This document shows, piece after piece, positions 59,616-62,000 of a stretch of DNA of 62,000 nucleotides (position 1 is the stretch's first letter; each line of letters opens with the position of its first letter). The position numbers and the translations under genes are program-made. Source of the stretch: Vicugna vicugna (taxonomy: Eukaryota); contig MU058781.1 of assembly GCA_013265495.1 (NCBI GenBank), positions 6,972,522-7,034,521 on the forward strand, read 5' to 3'. Under the pieces are notes generated by a model, which was not told the DNA's origin, ran no database searches, and saw only the letters and a list, made by a program, of their open reading frames with translations.

Positions 59616-59818
59616 TGCGGCGCATCCTTTGTACCCGTGGGTCCTGCGTTGCCGTTGGTTGAGTCTGTGGATGCGGAATCCGTGGATACAGAGGGCCGAC
59701 TGTACCAGGCCATTTTATATAAGGGATCTGGGTACTTAAGGACTTTGGTATCTGCCAAAATTTGGTCTGCCAGGGGGTTCCTGGAATCAATTCCCCTCGG
59801 ATACCTAGGGACGACCAT
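59616..59818 (-). mobile_element. MER2-family (TcMar-Tigger) MITE, rearranged
   Basis: - strand reads gtcgtccctaggtatccgagggg..ttccagga..gataccaaa..cccttatataaaatggc, followed by cagtcggccctctgtatccacggattccgcatcc. Confidence 0.8.
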
Positions 59819-62000
59819 ACTGCAGAATATTTTCTAATCTATTTTATTGTCTCCAAATAATGATGACGTATTCACGTGTAATGCCATGTATGTACTCGTT
59901 GGCCTTGAGCATTATTCCTTTTAAAAACAATTAAATGGGATATAAACTATACTTGAGTAATTGCATTTCTGTGATTACTAGTCAGGTTGCCTGTGTTCCC
60001 ATTTGTTCATGCTCTCTCAAGGCACATATTAGAACTGTTTTTGTGATATTACTAGATGTGCACTGGTTCATTTGGTCTCTGAATGGCCAGAGAGTGGGTC
60101 AGAGATGTAAGAAGAGATTATGACCACAACACTGGCCGGTGTGGAGGTCAACCCTACATCCCTGCCTCACTGACCACTGATCACCATTGCCCTTGCTACT
60201 CTACCAGCCAACTGGTCTACCTTCCATTCCAGAAAGTATTTAGGGTAGGACTTCAGCAAATGGCTAATGGCTGAGGATGGTCAGCACTTTATTAGATTCA
60301 GTCAGTACCATTTGAGTCACTAATGGCTTTTGTGTTAAGACCGTGAACCAGCAGTGAAACAAATCATTGTATTGAGTGGAAATGCCAAGGTCAACACAAT
60401 GCTAATTTTCAGATTGTGTTGAGCTGGTTGCCTGACATGTCATTCTTAGTTGATACTGAGAGGGCCTTCCTAACAAGGCAGAGATGGGACCTTTGGATTC
60501 CTGTTTCTCTCTGCTCTGCTGAAGAACTGGCTTCCTGAGACTCTCTCTTTATTATACAAGGCAGCACTTGAGCCCTGTCTACTCCCACACCCCCACCTAC
60601 CTTCCCTTTGTTGGCTCCCTCTCACAGTCCGGTGCTCAGGTATCTTTTCGTATCTTTTATTCCAGCTACTTCACAGGGATGACTCAGTGTCTTGGATGGG
60701 CATGTACGCACTTTGAGAATCTTCATGTGTCTCCTCTTCTGTTTGGTCCTTTGTTCTTGGGTAATTCTTAGACTTTTCATAGCACGAGCTGGGCGTAAGA
60801 CCCCTCAGCACAGATCAACTGGATTTTTACATACATTAATGTCCTGTTATGTCAGTAACATCAGCTGCCTCACTTTGTTAGCTTTCTATTTCTCTTAGTC
60901 TCTTTAATCATGCTTTACCAATTTAGCTCAGTTTTAAAGTTTTGGCAGATGGTGTAAAAGTCCCTAAATAACTAGGTAAGTATCCTCGTAAGACATTATC
61001 CTCCCCAGTCACGTTACCTCTTTGTGCGGTGGAATAACAGCTATGATTTTGGTTCGTGATGTGGACATGAACTGCATTAGTTAGCAATACTTTGAACGTT
61101 GGCTCTCTCACCCACGGCATTTTTGGAGAGGATTGCTTTTTCAGGCCGCCAGGAGAATATGAAAATTCCTTATACATCCTGAGCTTCCTGCACAGCGTCT
61201 GAAGTATTCCTTTCTTTGGCAGTTCTAGTGGAAACATGTGAGGGAAAAAGTGACTTTCCCGTTCTTCCCTATCAGAAGGTCATTGCTTCTCATATAATGA
61301 ACACTTTGTAGGTCAAGAGACACTCAGAGAGTAGGCAGAACTCCTGATTCCCTTTTCCTGGTAACTTAGGGCAAAATCAGATGTTTTATTAGAGAGGTTT
61401 CCTTCCCTGCATGCCCCAGTCAATCTGTCCTGCTCTGTGGTTCCCTACAGTTAAGCAAGTAGTCTCACCACTCCACCCTCCACCCTGCCATCAACTTTAG
61501 AACATTCATCCCTGAAGTCAGCTTGCCAGGTTTTTCTTCTTTCCAACAAGACTCTTACATTCTCCACCAAAATCCTTTTCTCTGTGGGTTCTGGACACCT
61601 AATAAGAGGCGCAGTCACATTTGTAATGACTGTAAAAGTGATTATAATTTAACCAGGAGGGTGGTGGAACATTCTAGTCACTTTCTTATTTTAGGTAAAA
61701 TGTGAAGTATGAGGCAAAACAAGTTGAGCCAGCTGGTAAGAATGAATTACCGGCTTTCTGGAAGGAGACTCTTCTCGAAACCTGGAGGGGAGTGTGTGTA
61801 TGTCTTGTTAGTGTACCTCTGAAGATGTGGTCCCAGGAAAGTCAGGAGGAGCTGCGAGCGTGTGGTCCACATCCCTCTGGCCATCCCCCTCTGTGTTTCA
61901 TGCCGTTTAGTAGTTTGGGTGTGGGGGTGAGTTCTACTATTGGGTTTCATGTTGTGGAGACCAGTGAATCTTAATGAGACATAAATGAAGAAGCACTAGG

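Larger units (their letters stand above)
1..62000 (+). other. Probable 5' intronic region of a large + strand gene (unidentified)
   Basis: No recognisable host coding exon. The + strand looks T/G-skewed by eye (not computed). Most L1 and MLT/ERV inserts are on the - strand. Several strong + strand splice donors follow promoter-like sequence (20200, 21112, 54621). Confidence 0.6.

Noticed and set aside
15728..60686. Window-wide enrichment of AP-1 (TGASTCA), octamer and CACGTG motifs
   Set aside because: I counted about 11 AP-1 sites by eye against roughly 8 expected from base composition, and several lie in repeats. The other motifs are likewise not clearly above chance.
278..61974. The many 60-180 aa ORFs in the six-frame track as host genes
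   Set aside because: They show no recognisable domains, many start at non-ATG codons or lie in repeats, and their lengths fit random mammalian non-coding DNA. Only 11229-11459, 46516-46710 and 52092-52340 are assignable, as L1 ORF2 debris.
1..62000. Naming the host gene
   Set aside because: No exon or peptide matched a gene I can confidently recognise; it needs a genome alignment.

Overview
This is mammalian nuclear DNA, very probably camelid (alpaca, llama or camel). It carries four tRNA-Ala(AGC)-derived Vic-1-type SINEs and young artiodactyl-type L1 3' ends. I recognise no complete protein-coding gene, rRNA, genuine tRNA or CRISPR array. The only ORFs in the track that I can assign are L1 ORF2 remnants. 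The window looks like the 5' intronic part of a large, unidentified + strand gene: the + strand looks T/G-rich by eye and most L1/LTR inserts are antisense. Candidate alternative first exons lie near 20.2 kb, 21.0-21.1 kb (TATA, ATG, AAG|GTAAGT) and 54.3-54.6 kb (CpG-rich ETS/TATA promoter). Much of the window is interspersed repeat (MIR, L2, L1, MLT1, LTR16, MER5, MER97, MER2, BLACKJACK); family names come from recalled consensus similarity and boundaries are approximate. The most unusual structures are: (1) an ERV1 3' fragment with an intact LTR plus about 120 bp of foreign flank, inserted with L1-type hallmarks (13-bp TSD, A-tail); (2) a near full-length BLACKJACK hAT fossil plus an inverted second copy; (3) a TSD-less SINE on an apparent deletion junction; (4) two L1s with short 3' transductions, one internally deleted; (5) a 22-bp hairpin whose loop triplicates the stem base. 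I see no evidence of a wholly new gene system.
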